A DNA stretch of 64,000 bases, from the NCBI GenBank assembly GCA_034670305.1, contig JAXMNT010000002.1, forward strand, positions 1 to 64,000, read 5' to 3'. Each line of letters opens with the position of its first letter. Position 1 is the stretch's first letter. The notes beneath the pieces are model-generated. The model had not been told where the DNA came from. It was given only the letters and a program-made list of their open reading frames with translations, and did not search any database. Shown in pieces: positions 20,843-31,057 of this stretch. A program made the position numbers and the translations under genes. The stretch is from Deltaproteobacteria bacterium. Its GTDB lineage: Bacteria > Myxococcota_A > Polyangia > Polyangiales > Houyiibacteriaceae.

Positions 20843-22175
20843 GCTCGTCGGTGGACTCGCCGTCGTGGCCCTCTGTGCACCGCTCCTGGGCGCACTGATC
20901 GTGGCCACCACGCTGCTCCGCCCCGCGCAGTCGAGGGAGCGCTTCGTCGCGCACGTGGCGCGGGCCGCGTTCACGATCAGCGTCGTGAGCGCCGCGGGCG
21001 TGCTGGCGCTCGTCTGGGTGCAAGGGGAGCGCACCGTCTCGCTCGGCACCTGGTTCGTCGTCGAAGATCACCAGTTCGAGCTGGCGTTGCTCCTCGACCG
21101 GCTCGGCGTGACGATGATGGCGCTCTCCGCGGCCGCATGCGGCCTCATCGGCCGCTTCAGCGCGTCCTACCTTCATCGGGAGCCGGGCCATACGCGCTTC
21201 TACTTCCTGCTCGCCATCTTCGCGTTCGCGATGATGCTCGTCGTCACCGCAGGAAACCTGGACATGCTCTTCGTCGGCTGGGAGTTGGTCGGCCTCTCCT
21301 CGGCGCTCCTCATCGGCTTTTTTCATGAACGTCCGGCGCCGGTGCAGAACGGATTGCGCGCCTTCGCGACCTACCGCATCTGCGACATCGGACTGCTCGT
21401 CGGGATCATCCTGCTGCACCACCATGCGCACCACGTGATGGTCTCGAACGCCAACCCGGGCGCGTGGTCGGCCACGATCGGATTGCCCGCGGAGGCAGCC
21501 ACGCCGATTGCGATCGGCTTGCTGGTCGGCGCGATGGGCAAGTCGGCTCAGTTTCCTGTGGGTGGTTGGCTGCCGCGCGCGATGGAAGGGCCGACCCCGT
21601 CGAGCGCGATCTTCTACGGCGCGCTCTCGATCCACGCGGGCGCCTTCCTCTTGTTGCGGGCCCGCGCACTGCTCGATGCGGCGCCCATGGCGGCTGCAGC
21701 CGTGATCGGCGTCGGGGCACTGACCGCCGTCACCGCCACGCTCAGCGGCCGGGTCCAAGCGGACGTGAAGAACCAGCTCGCCTACGCGGCGATGTCGCAG
21801 GTGGGTTTGATCTTCGTCGAGATTGGGCTCGGCTTCTACGAACTCGCCATGTGGCACCTCGTGGGACACGCGACCCTGCGCGGCTTTCAACTCCTGCGCG
21901 CGCCGGCGATCTTGCACGAGCTCCACACACTTCACGGCGGCATCGGAGACTTCGAGACCGGCCGGTTCTATGGGCTCGTCACTCGTTGGTTCCCGAGCTT
22001 GGAACGTCGCCTGTACGTCGGCGCACTCGGTCGAGCGGGCGGCGAAGGGCTCGGGCGCGCGCTCGCCCGGCGGCTGCTCGGCCTCGCGCATCGCGCGGCG
22101 CGACTGGAAGCCACCCTGACCGACGAACGGGACCCGCAAGACGCGCCGGTCCTGCAGGAGGTTCACTCGTCATGA
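20835..22175 (+). CDS. dabB: DabB-like NuoL/MrpA-type proton-translocating membrane subunit
   Basis: FVGWELVGLSS, GKSAQFP..WLPRAMEGPTPSSA, HAG, DVKNQLAY; 8-nt overlap with dabA. Confidence 0.88.
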   Translation: MHELVGGLAVVALCAPLLGALIVATTLLRPAQSRERFVAHVARAAFTISVVSAAGVLALVWVQGERTVSLGTWFVVEDHQFELALLLDRLGVTMMALSAAACGLIGRFSASYLHREPGHTRFYFLLAIFAFAMMLVVTAGNLDMLFVGWELVGLSSALLIGFFHERPAPVQNGLRAFATYRICDIGLLVGIILLHHHAHHVMVSNANPGAWSATIGLPAEAATPIAIGLLVGAMGKSAQFPVGGWLPRAMEGPTPSSAIFYGALSIHAGAFLLLRARALLDAAPMAAAAVIGVGALTAVTATLSGRVQADVKNQLAYAAMSQVGLIFVEIGLGFYELAMWHLVGHATLRGFQLLRAPAILHELHTLHGGIGDFETGRFYGLVTRWFPSLERRLYVGALGRAGGEGLGRALARRLLGLAHRAARLEATLTDERDPQDAPVLQEVHSS

Positions 22176-24076
22176 CCCGCTGGGAAATCCCTCTTGGGCT
22201 GCTCGTGCTGCTCCCGCTCGCCGCCGCGTACTGGCCGTCCTCGCGCAGTGCGGTCGGTTCGCGCGCCCCCGCGACCGTGGCCCTCTCGCTCACGACCCTC
22301 GTTGCGAGCGTGGTCGGCATGGCGGCATGGCTCGGTCCCGAGCGCGCTTGGCTTGGGGGCTCGGTGCTCGCCGTGGATGGAGACGCCGCCGCGATAGCCT
22401 GGCTCTCGTCCATCGTCGCGGTGTGCGTGGTCACCTCTATGCCGCAGCGGACGCTGCTGCACGCCACCCTGCGGCCGCTGCTCATCGCACACGCCGCGAC
22501 CCAGCTCGTCTTCGTGTCGCGGGACATGCGGCTGTTCGCCGTCGGATGGCTGCTCGCGCTCTGGCCGGCCTGGCGACCGGCGCTGCTCTCGCCACGCCAA
22601 CATCGCCGCTTGTTGTTGCTCGCGGGGCTGCCGCTCGCGGTCGCGTTCGGTTGGTGGGGAGCGCTCGGAGGCAGCGCCGATCTGCGCGCGTTCGGCCAGG
22701 CCGACCTGGGTGTTGCGGAACAGGCCGGCATCTTGGCCTGCATCGTCGTCGCCGCCGCAGCGCGCATGGGGGTGGCACCGATTCACGGCTGGCTCGGTGG
22801 GTTCCGACGCGCGGAGTCGATCCCGGGTCTGCTCGTCGTCCTCGCCCCGCTTCCGGGCGCCTACCTCTTGCTCCGTCTCGGCCCATCGCTCGGCGAGGCG
22901 TACGCGGCGGAGCAGCCGTGGATCGAACTCGTCGGACTCGGAAGTGCGCTCTGGTTCGCGCTGGTCTCCTACGGCCGCCGCGAGCAACTCGGGGCGTTCG
23001 GCTACCTCGCCATGAGCCAGCTCAGCCTGGTGTTCCTGGCACTCGCCGCGACCAAGTCCCTCTCGGTGCGCGGAGGTCTGCTGCTCTGGGCAGGCGAGAC
23101 CATCGCGATCACGGGGCTGCTCTGTGTGGCGGCCATGGTCGACTCACGGCGCGGCACGGTGTCCCTGGACCGCCACCACGGTCTGGCGATGGCGGCGCCG
23201 CTGCTCTCCCTTGGGGCGTTCGCATTCGGCGTCTTGACGGTGGGCCTCCCAGGGAGTCTCACCTTCATCGCCGAGGACGTCATCGCGCAGGGGCTGCTCG
23301 TCCCACACCCTGCGCTCGCCGCCGGGTTCGTGCTCGTCACCGCGCTCAATGCGATCGGGTTCCTGCGCATCTGGACGCGGGTCTTCACGGGGAGCGAACC
23401 CGACACCTGCCCCGATCTTCTGCCCCGCGAACGGGTGGGCCTGGGCGTCCTTGCCCTCGTCGGCGTGCTGATGAGTTTCGCCCCACAGGTCGTCATGCAC
23501 GCTGAGGACTCCATCGTCCCCGTCGAAGGGGCTTCCTCGGACGGCATCGACGGTCGCACCGCGCGGGCTACAACACCCGACGCGCCTGCGACTGACGGCC
23601 TCAGCTCACTCCGACGCGAGGATCGCCTTCACCCGCTTTTGGGCCTCGGTCTCTTGTTCCGCGAAACTCGGGTGGGCCGCGATCTTGGCGACCAGGTCGA
23701 CCGGCACTTCCTTCAGCCGGTCGGGATCGAGCAGCACGCAGAAGTACTCCGGGTGAAGGGTGTCGGTGGCGAGCTCGACCACGAGCTCGAAGAACGGGCG
23801 CACGCGCTTGCCGCTGTACCCGCCCACCTTCCACTTGAGTCCGTCCGACGCGGACGCGCGCACCCGGGGTTCGGGCGAGCTCAGCCAGGCCCGCACGACG
23901 TCGATCGCCCCGTCCACGGGTTTCGGAACCACGAGGGCCTCGATCACGAGTTGAACCGCCTGCACGACGGGACCCTTGCGCCACGACTCCTCGTGGGGGA
24001 TCCGCGAGACGCGAGCAGGCAAGGTCGCCAACGACTCGAGCAACGCCGTGTCCAAGTGCTTCTTGAGCACGGGTGA
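22172..24076 (+). CDS. Second antiporter-like (NuoM/MrpD-type) membrane subunit, divergent; C-terminal end uncertain
   Basis: ATGA overlap with dabB; many TM helices; APIHGWL, SQLSLV, GLPGSLTFIAED, DLLPRE. The frame runs on 471 nt into the convergent gene. Confidence 0.75.
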   Translation: MTRWEIPLGLLVLLPLAAAYWPSSRSAVGSRAPATVALSLTTLVASVVGMAAWLGPERAWLGGSVLAVDGDAAAIAWLSSIVAVCVVTSMPQRTLLHATLRPLLIAHAATQLVFVSRDMRLFAVGWLLALWPAWRPALLSPRQHRRLLLLAGLPLAVAFGWWGALGGSADLRAFGQADLGVAEQAGILACIVVAAAARMGVAPIHGWLGGFRRAESIPGLLVVLAPLPGAYLLLRLGPSLGEAYAAEQPWIELVGLGSALWFALVSYGRREQLGAFGYLAMSQLSLVFLALAATKSLSVRGGLLLWAGETIAITGLLCVAAMVDSRRGTVSLDRHHGLAMAAPLLSLGAFAFGVLTVGLPGSLTFIAEDVIAQGLLVPHPALAAGFVLVTALNAIGFLRIWTRVFTGSEPDTCPDLLPRERVGLGVLALVGVLMSFAPQVVMHAEDSIVPVEGASSDGIDGRTARATTPDAPATDGLSSLRREDRLHPLLGLGLLFRETRVGRDLGDQVDRHFLQPVGIEQHAEVLRVKGVGGELDHELEERAHALAAVPAHLPLESVRRGRAHPGFGRAQPGPHDVDRPVHGFRNHEGLDHELNRLHDGTLAPRLLVGDPRDASRQGRQRLEQRRVQVLLEHG

Positions 24077-25078
24077 CTTGGCCATGAACTTGTCGGGCAT
24101 CAGCAGCCGCACCGCCCACCCGAGCGCCTCTTCGTCGGTGGTGGCGAGCGTGGCCCGAAGGAGCGGCAGCATCGCGATCCGCGGTTTGCTCTTGGCCACC
24201 ACGAACGCACCGCTGAAGGCGACGGCTGCCGGTGCCGTCGCAGGCGAGGTCTCGGTCAAGAACGGCAGGAGCACTTCGATGGCGCCCTCGGGGTCCGCGA
24301 GGACGGCCTGCTTCCCAGGACCGTGCGCGTGGTGGAGAAGCGCCCAGCCAAATCGGTCGGGGTCCTCGACCTTCGCTCGGAGCTCGAGCAACGCACCGAG
24401 CAGTGCGAGGCCGGAATGCTTCTGCCGTTGCTCCGAGTACGCGGCCTCCCACGCGGCACGCTCCAGGATCGATCGTTCCCTGCGCCGGAAGCGCGCGCAG
24501 AACGAACACCCACAGCCCGACGCCGCGACTTCGCGCACGCGCGGGTGGTACGCCTCTTCGAGTTCGGCGAGCGGGGTCCAGCCCTCCGCCGAGAAGAGCG
24601 AGATGTCGTCGCCCTTCCGATGGACCTGCGCCAGGTGCCCCACCGACACCAACCGCCAGTGGGTCTGCCGGAGCTCTTGGGACAGCGAGGGCACTTCGAT
24701 GCGAACGCCCTTCGACGCGGCGAGTTGTTCGGCCCGCTCGAACGCGACAGCGAGTCCGAGCCGGAACCAGTGGTGCACGACTTCGTACACGAACGTCGGG
24801 TTGTTGAACTCGTCGGCCGGGAACCCGTAACGGAGCTCGGTCCGCGACACCGCGTCGAGGTGATCTTCGTCATCCCGCCCCCGGTAGAACCAGAGTTCGG
24901 GGTGCTTCGGCTGCATCGTCACGTGCTCGTCGAGCTCATGCAGCGACATCTCGTAGCGGTCACCGAGCGAGGTGAACGCGAGTTTCCAGAGTTCCTTGTG
25001 AAGCGCCCAGAGGTCGTCGTCGGTGACGTTCTCGTCGCAGCTCAGGGGAAGGAGGGTGCGGTCGTAGAGGCCGGTCAT
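23606..25078 (-). CDS. Hypothetical protein with CxCxxC motif and C-terminal HEAT-like helical repeats
   Basis: Long ORF with globular composition; GCGCSFC; LSSPEPRVRASA. Confidence 0.7.
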   Translation of the reverse strand: MTGLYDRTLLPLSCDENVTDDDLWALHKELWKLAFTSLGDRYEMSLHELDEHVTMQPKHPELWFYRGRDDEDHLDAVSRTELRYGFPADEFNNPTFVYEVVHHWFRLGLAVAFERAEQLAASKGVRIEVPSLSQELRQTHWRLVSVGHLAQVHRKGDDISLFSAEGWTPLAELEEAYHPRVREVAASGCGCSFCARFRRRERSILERAAWEAAYSEQRQKHSGLALLGALLELRAKVEDPDRFGWALLHHAHGPGKQAVLADPEGAIEVLLPFLTETSPATAPAAVAFSGAFVVAKSKPRIAMLPLLRATLATTDEEALGWAVRLLMPDKFMAKSPVLKKHLDTALLESLATLPARVSRIPHEESWRKGPVVQAVQLVIEALVVPKPVDGAIDVVRAWLSSPEPRVRASASDGLKWKVGGYSGKRVRPFFELVVELATDTLHPEYFCVLLDPDRLKEVPVDLVAKIAAHPSFAEQETEAQKRVKAILASE

Positions 25079-25140
25079 GAGGAGAAAACTACGTGAAGCA
25101 TAAGACACTTCTTCCCACGCAGAACCAGCGACGCCAGCGC

Positions 25141-25665
25141 TCAGAACGCGTGGTGGGAGCGGGGCGGGGGCGGCCCAGGAGGGAATCCGCGTTCGCGGTA
25201 GGTGCGGCGGGGACGGAGGTGGAGTTCGGTCTGACGTGCGCTTCGTTCCACGCGCCAGTCCGCTTCCCAGGTGCCGCATCCGCAGGCCCGGGGCCGCCCG
25301 TCCGCACACTCGAGGTAGCCACCGGAGGGCGCGGTGAAAACTTCGACGGGTCCTTCCTCCTCGAGCACGTAGAACTCGAGGTGCTGTTGCCAAACGCAGG
25401 TGCCCGGTCCGCCGGAGCGCAGTTCGATGGCGATGAGATCGTGGCCCGCGTGGTGCGGCGCAGTGTGGATGCCGACGAAGTCGCGCGCGCGAAACGTGAA
25501 CCAGACGCGGGCATCGTCGGCCACGAAGACGGTCGGCTCGGCGCCGATCTCACCGCGAAGGATGCGGAGCGTGGTGGTGCCACCATCCGGCCCCCGAACC
25601 GAGAGCGGCGCGTCCGCGGACGCCGGGGCCGACGCGAGACTCAGGAGCACCACCCACGGCCACAT
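25141..25665 (-). CDS. Small secreted hypothetical protein
   Basis: Signal peptide MWPWVVLLSLASAPASA; four Cys. Confidence 0.6.
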   Translation of the reverse strand: MWPWVVLLSLASAPASADAPLSVRGPDGGTTTLRILRGEIGAEPTVFVADDARVWFTFRARDFVGIHTAPHHAGHDLIAIELRSGGPGTCVWQQHLEFYVLEEEGPVEVFTAPSGGYLECADGRPRACGCGTWEADWRVERSARQTELHLRPRRTYRERGFPPGPPPPRSHHAF

Positions 25666-25724
25666 GCTGCGCACGCGCGATGAACGGCGGACGGGGCGCG
25701 GCGCATTCCGGAACACGGGAGGAT

Positions 25725-25768
25725 CGAATCCGATTCCGAAGCCGATTCCGAAGCCGAAGCCGAAGCCG
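25725..25768. repeat. Short NCCGAN hexamer tract
   Basis: TCCGAT TCCGAA GCCGAT TCCGAA GCCGAA GCCGAA. Confidence 0.85.
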
Positions 25769-25775
25769 CCGCCCG

Positions 25776-26582
25776 TTAGGGCGCGGCGGGGAGCGTTGGG
25801 GTCAGTTCTCGGCCCTGCAGCATCTCGGGGGTGGCGAAGGGGAGGTCTTCGAGGTCCTCTCGGTTGCGGACCGCTTGGCAGCGGCCGGTGCGGAGGGATT
25901 CGACGATGGTGTCGGTGTCGGAGACGTAGAGGGTGATCGAGACGCCGCCGGGGTGGACGAGGAAGATGTCTTGGAGGCTGACCTCGCCGTTGCGCCAGAG
26001 GAACCGGAGCGTGGGGACGCCGGCGGCGCTCTGCGCGGAGCAGCGCATCACGCCGGCGGGATCTCCGAAGGTGTCCTTCATCGCGGTGAGGTGCGGGCCG
26101 ACGCCGCGGGGGTCGATGCGGCTCATGACTTGAATCATGCGCAGACTCGGTCCGCGGGGTTCGAAGCCGTAGAGGACCTGGCCGCCGTTGCCGAGCATCT
26201 CTTCGTACCAGACCATGTCCGGGTCGCGCGCGGTGGTGCTTTGAGTGATGGACGCACGCGCGCCACGGACCTCGTCGACACTCTGTCCGAGCAACACGCC
26301 ACGCAGCATCGCCGGGACCATAGGTTCGGAACGCGCCAGCAGGGTCGCGTTCTCCCGAAGGCGCGACTCGTCGGCTTCCGCGCGCCGGGCTGCGCGGCGC
26401 GCTTCGGCGGCTTCGGCGGCTTCCTGCTCCTGGGCGTCCATGTACGCGAACACGCCCCACGCGCCGGCGACGGCGACCCCGATGGCGATCGCGAACGGCA
26501 GCATCGCGCGGGCGGTGCCACCCCCCTTCTCTTCTGCAGGCGACTCTTTGGGTCCGCGCTTCTTGTCCTTCTTGGGGCTCAC
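25776..26582 (-). CDS. Single-pass membrane hypothetical protein
   Basis: Basic N-terminus, one TM helix, coiled linker, alpha/beta domain with Cys pair; GTGA overlap with PPIase. Confidence 0.75.
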   Translation of the reverse strand: MSPKKDKKRGPKESPAEEKGGGTARAMLPFAIAIGVAVAGAWGVFAYMDAQEQEAAEAAEARRAARRAEADESRLRENATLLARSEPMVPAMLRGVLLGQSVDEVRGARASITQSTTARDPDMVWYEEMLGNGGQVLYGFEPRGPSLRMIQVMSRIDPRGVGPHLTAMKDTFGDPAGVMRCSAQSAAGVPTLRFLWRNGEVSLQDIFLVHPGGVSITLYVSDTDTIVESLRTGRCQAVRNREDLEDLPFATPEMLQGRELTPTLPAAP

Positions 26583-27367
26583 TCGACGCGCTGGATCACG
26601 TGGAAGCCGAACGGCGTCTCGACCACTTCGCTGATGCCACCCGACTCGAGCGCGAACGCCGCCGCCTCGTAGGTCGGTGCGAGCAGCCCGCGACCTACCG
26701 GGCCAAGGTCGCCGCCCCGTTCGGCCGACGAGTCTTCGCTGTGTTCCCGCGCAAGCGCTTCGAGCGACTCGCCGCCGATGGCCGCCCGGCGGTACGCCTC
26801 GGCGAGTTCGCGGGCCGCGTCACTGCTGCGTTCGAGGTCGTCCGGTGCGTTGCGCGCGCCGGCGTAGCGCACGAGCAGGTGCCGGGTGTGGATCTTCTCC
26901 ACCGGACAGCGCTCGAAGACGACGTAACCGTAGGGTGCTTCGACGACCGGGCCTTTCATGCCTTCTTGCAGCTGGAACACGGGGCCCTCGAGCGCGGCGT
27001 GCAGCGCCGGCCAGTCTTCGCGCGCGAAGGTACCGAGCACGCCGCCCCGCGCGGCGCTCGAACGGCCGTCGGACTCGGTGGTCGCGAGGGTGGCGATCGA
27101 CTCACCGGCCTCGACCCGTGCCAACAACGCTTCGGCGCGGGCGCGCGCTTCGGTCTGGGAACGGGTCACCGTGTCGGCGGCGTGCGGCGCGCCCTGCCAG
27201 CTCACGACGATGCCACGCACACAGGCTTCGGTCTGGTCGGGCTCGGGCTCCGGTTCTTCGACTTCAACCGGCGCTGGCTCGGGCGCAGGCGCCGGATCGG
27301 CGGGCGGGTCGTCGCAGGCGACGAGGAGTGCGAGCGAGAGCAGCAGGAGGAGCGAGGTGCGCATCAT
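26579..27367 (-). CDS. Parvulin-type peptidyl-prolyl isomerase lipoprotein (two rotamase domains)
   Basis: Lipobox LLVAC; RHLLV, SEDSSAERGGDLG, VVETPFGFHVI; first domain degenerate. Confidence 0.92.
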   Translation of the reverse strand: MMRTSLLLLLSLALLVACDDPPADPAPAPEPAPVEVEEPEPEPDQTEACVRGIVVSWQGAPHAADTVTRSQTEARARAEALLARVEAGESIATLATTESDGRSSAARGGVLGTFAREDWPALHAALEGPVFQLQEGMKGPVVEAPYGYVVFERCPVEKIHTRHLLVRYAGARNAPDDLERSSDAARELAEAYRRAAIGGESLEALAREHSEDSSAERGGDLGPVGRGLLAPTYEAAAFALESGGISEVVETPFGFHVIQRVE

Positions 27368-27415
27368 GCGCGGACCATAACGCAGGGGGCCGCGGCGTTG
27401 GAATGGAGGAGTGGC

Positions 27416-27705
27416 GCCGATGCCGATGCCGATGCCGATGCGATGCCGATGGCGGTGCCGATGCCGATGGCGGTGCCGATGCCGATGGCGGTGCCGGTGC
27501 CGACCCCCGAAGCCGAAGCCGATGCCGATGCCGAAGCCGAAGCCGAAGCCGAAGCCGAAGCCGAAGCCGAAGCCGAAGCCGAATCCGAATCCGAATCCGA
27601 ATTCGAATCCGAATCCGATTCCGAATCCGATGCCGATGCCGAATCCGATCCCGAAGCCGATCCCGAAGCCGAATCCGAATCCGATCCCGAAGCCGAATCC
27701 GAGCC
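27416..27705. repeat. NCCGAN hexamer tract (GCCGAT, GCCGAA, TCCGAA, CCCGAA blocks)
   Basis: Direct reading. Confidence 0.96.
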
Positions 27706-27725
27706 AGCCGGCTCGGGTCGTTTGG

Positions 27726-29132
27726 CTACCGGCGCTCGAGCTTCACGGGGTAGCCGCCGGAGGGGCTGAGGGTGAGGTTGCGGCGGACGGTGCGGACTTT
27801 GGCGCCGGTGGAGACCGGGCGGCGGGCGCGCAGCAAGGTCGCGAGGACGATGCGCATCTCGTAGCGGGCGAAGGCCTCGCCGATGCAGCGGCGGACGCCG
27901 CCGCCGAATGGCAAGAACGCGTAGGGGCTGATGCGGGTGTCGAGGAAACGGTCGAGGTCGAAGCGCTCGGGGTCCGGCCACGACTCTTCGTCGAAGTGGG
28001 CGAGGAGCGCGGAGCCGCCGACCATCACGTCCGCGGGCAGATCCCAACCGCCGACCGTGGTGGGACGCTGGAGCACGCGGCCGACGCCGGGGATCACCGG
28101 GTGGATGCGCAGCACCTCTTTGCAGAATGCGTCCAGGATCGGATGCGCGTCGACCCGCAGGCTGTCTTCGACCTCGGTGGCGTCGAGTTCGGCCATCACC
28201 CGCGCGTAGACGTCGGGATGCTCCGCCAGGCGGTGGAGGGACCAGGCGAGCGAGGTCGCGGTTGTCTCGTGGCCGGCGATCAACATCGTGAGCAACTCGT
28301 CGAGGATCTCGACGTCGCTCATCGGGCGGCCGTCCTCGTGGGTCGCGTCCAAGAGCATCGAGAGGATGTCTTCGTTCCCGCTCCGGTCCGAGGATCGACG
28401 CCGCGCGATGTTCTCGAGCAAACGACGCCGCACGTCGGCGCGGACGCGCTTGAACCGGCCCCATGGAGAGAGCGGTCCGAGGTCGCGTTGGAACGACTTC
28501 ACGAGGTACATCGGGTTGTCGGCCAACCCCATCGTCTTGACCAGGCCGTCTCGGATGATGAGCGCTTCTTCCGATCCGAGCGCGTCGAACCCGAAGACCG
28601 TCCGGAGGATCACGCTGAGCGTGATCTGCTGCATCTCCTGCTGGGCGGGACGCACCTGGTCGACGGGCCACTGCGCGAGGCGCTCGCTCGTGATCTCCTG
28701 CATCGCGGTGCCGTAGGCCCGCATGCGCTCGCCCTTGAACGGCGGCAGAAGCAGACGGCGCTGCTCGAGGTGCGGCGCCCCATCCAGAAGAAGGAGCGAG
28801 TGCACACCGAGAAAGGGCTCGAGCACGACGTTGGCTTTGCCGGCATGAAACACGTCCGGCGACCCGGTGAAGATCTCTTTGATGTCGTCCGGTTTGCTGA
28901 ACTGCACAATCGGCAGGGACGCCGGCAGACGGATGGTGAGCACCGACCCGAACCGCTCGCGGCAACTCTTCAGAAACGGAATCGGCTGGTAGAGGAAACA
29001 CGCCAACTGGACAGGCGGGGCGGCGCCGGGACCAGGAGGCAGCGGCGAGGCCGTCCGACGGGGCGCCGAAGCACCCGCGCGCCGCGCGATGAGTGAAGTG
29101 CCGCGTTCCATGGCGTGCGAGAGCGTCTCCAT
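27726..29132 (-). CDS. Cytochrome P450
   Basis: PPGP hinge, AGHETT, KEVLR (ExxR), PERF, heme motif [10 protein letters not shown]. Start ATG 29132 or 29111. Confidence 0.95.
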   Translation of the reverse strand: METLSHAMERGTSLIARRAGASAPRRTASPLPPGPGAAPPVQLACFLYQPIPFLKSCRERFGSVLTIRLPASLPIVQFSKPDDIKEIFTGSPDVFHAGKANVVLEPFLGVHSLLLLDGAPHLEQRRLLLPPFKGERMRAYGTAMQEITSERLAQWPVDQVRPAQQEMQQITLSVILRTVFGFDALGSEEALIIRDGLVKTMGLADNPMYLVKSFQRDLGPLSPWGRFKRVRADVRRRLLENIARRRSSDRSGNEDILSMLLDATHEDGRPMSDVEILDELLTMLIAGHETTATSLAWSLHRLAEHPDVYARVMAELDATEVEDSLRVDAHPILDAFCKEVLRIHPVIPGVGRVLQRPTTVGGWDLPADVMVGGSALLAHFDEESWPDPERFDLDRFLDTRISPYAFLPFGGGVRRCIGEAFARYEMRIVLATLLRARRPVSTGAKVRTVRRNLTLSPSGGYPVKLERR

Positions 29133-29381
29133 CTGGGGAGTATACCAGCCCATCGCGATCGGCTCTGGGAGGACGCCCCGCTCGCATGCGTCTGCGCGCA
29201 AGCCTCCATGAAACGTGGAGGTTCCTGGGCTCAGGCCCCCGCCAGAGCGCGCCCGCTCGCATGTCTCCAATGCGCGAACTGATCGTGATACCGTCCCGGC
29301 CGCGTGGGAACGTCCTGTCCCCACGAAGCAAAACCACAGACGCGGGCCAAGAGACTACGAGACCGCGCGCAGGGGGCACTC

Positions 29382-30428
29382 ATGGGGCTGTTCGACTCGA
29401 TCAAGAAAGCGTTTGGCGGAGCCAAGGACGCGGCAGAAGAAGCCGCAAAGGCTGCGGCCGGACAAATCAGCGGTGAGCCCGCGGCCGGTCAGCCCGCAGC
29501 GGCACCCGCGGGAGCCGCTCCGGCGATGCCCCAGGTTCAGGAAGAGGAACTCAGCGGCGGCCAAGAAGAGTGGCGCGACATCCAGCAGCTCATCGCGCGC
29601 GTCGAGCAGCAGGGCATCTCCCTCGCGGGCCTCAACCCAGCCGATCCGGAGAGCTACTGGAAGATGGTGTTCGAGTACGAGCGCCTTCAGGGCGAAGGCA
29701 TGGAGCCGCAGGCGGCCCTCCAGAAGCTCGGCTTCAGCGACCGCGATCACTACGACCTCGTGTCGGCATACATCTCGGGCAAGTGGTCCGTGCTCACGAA
29801 GGACGAAGACGGCGACGACGTCGTCCAGGTCCGCGACGAGTTCACGAACGCCGCCATGAAGGCACGCATGGGTCAGATGCAGGGCATGCAGGCTGCCGCC
29901 GCAGCTGCGGACCCGAACCTGCTCGCGCCAGTGAACGGCGTGAGCATCGAGCAGTGGGCCGGTGCGGCCGCCGCGATGAGCCGGATGCCTCCGGACGCGA
30001 CGCCGCAGATGGTCGCGGAGCTGCTCGCCAAGTTCAAACTCGACCGGGCCACGTACGACGCGGCGCAGGCGGGCTGGATGGAGAAGATGCAAGGCGACAC
30101 GACCGGCGCCATCGCGACCAAGTACGGCGCCGCGTTCACCGCGACGACCGGTCTCGACCAGGGCGCGGGCGGCGGCGAGCCGTGCACGTTCGAACAGTGG
30201 GTCGAGGTCATGGCCGCGCAGAGCGCGTGGGCGGAGGCGGGACTCGACGTGGGGGCGACGCTGAAGCAGACGTTCAACATCGACGTGCCCACCTACTCCG
30301 GATGGTCCGCGTACTGGTCGCCGAAGATGGCGACCGACATCGCCATGGCGACGCGCTACTCGGAGCTCGAAGCGAAGTTCCGCGCGAAGTACGCGGTCGC
30401 GGGCGCCGACGACGACCTCAGCTTCTGA
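29382..30428 (+). CDS. Hypothetical protein with three internal helical repeats (DUF6620-like)
   Basis: MGLFDSIKKAFGG amphipathic start; repeats of EQW..A..L.K..D..TY....W..KM..D..AT.Y. Confidence 0.7.
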   Translation: MGLFDSIKKAFGGAKDAAEEAAKAAAGQISGEPAAGQPAAAPAGAAPAMPQVQEEELSGGQEEWRDIQQLIARVEQQGISLAGLNPADPESYWKMVFEYERLQGEGMEPQAALQKLGFSDRDHYDLVSAYISGKWSVLTKDEDGDDVVQVRDEFTNAAMKARMGQMQGMQAAAAAADPNLLAPVNGVSIEQWAGAAAAMSRMPPDATPQMVAELLAKFKLDRATYDAAQAGWMEKMQGDTTGAIATKYGAAFTATTGLDQGAGGGEPCTFEQWVEVMAAQSAWAEAGLDVGATLKQTFNIDVPTYSGWSAYWSPKMATDIAMATRYSELEAKFRAKYAVAGADDDLSF

Positions 30429-30432
30429 AGCC

Positions 30433-30981
30433 GTGACTCTCTCTGAGCGCATCGACGAAGTTCAATCCGAACTGCGCGCGCTCGTGACCGAAGCCTTCGA
30501 CGTCGCCTATGCGATCGAGGAGCCCGCGGGCACGAGCGACGCGTGGGACGCGATCTGTGCACGGTTCGCGATCGAGCGGCTGGAACCCAGCCAGCGGCCC
30601 GGGGTGCTCGCGACCCAGCGCCCGCACCGCGGCGCACCGGTGTTCGAGCTGCACAATGTCGCGAAGACCATCGAGGCGCAGTCGCGCCGTGCGCTGAAGA
30701 AGATCGATGTGTGGGATGCCCCCGGCCCGGTGGAGCGAGCGCACGAGTCGCTTCGGCGGTTCATCGAACGCATGCCCGACGAACTGCTGAGCGCCTACAA
30801 GAAGGCAGTGCTGCCGGAGCGCAAGGGCATGTTCGCGAATGTGCTGACCCACCAGACGGCCGGCAAAGGTCAGCCCACCGGGGGTTCCGCGCATGCGCTC
30901 CGATGCACCACGTGCGGTGCGCCGCGCCTCGATGCCGAGAGTTTCGAGTGCGGGTTCTGTGGCAACGACATGGTGAAGTGA
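30433..30981 (+). CDS. Hypothetical protein with C-terminal zinc ribbon
   Basis: CTTCGAP..ECGFCG; starts 4 nt after the upstream stop. Confidence 0.75.
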   Translation: MTLSERIDEVQSELRALVTEAFDVAYAIEEPAGTSDAWDAICARFAIERLEPSQRPGVLATQRPHRGAPVFELHNVAKTIEAQSRRALKKIDVWDAPGPVERAHESLRRFIERMPDELLSAYKKAVLPERKGMFANVLTHQTAGKGQPTGGSAHALRCTTCGAPRLDAESFECGFCGNDMVK

Positions 30982-31057
30982 ATCCACGGGCACCTGCCCG
31001 ATCCCCAAAGGGGCCCAGCCCCGAAGTTGATGGCGCCATGTGCGCGAGGAGGGTGTC

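Noticed and set aside
20835-23600. Respiratory complex I or Mrp antiporter operon
   Set aside because: No other nuo/mrp genes; coupling to DUF2309 identifies a DAB-type system
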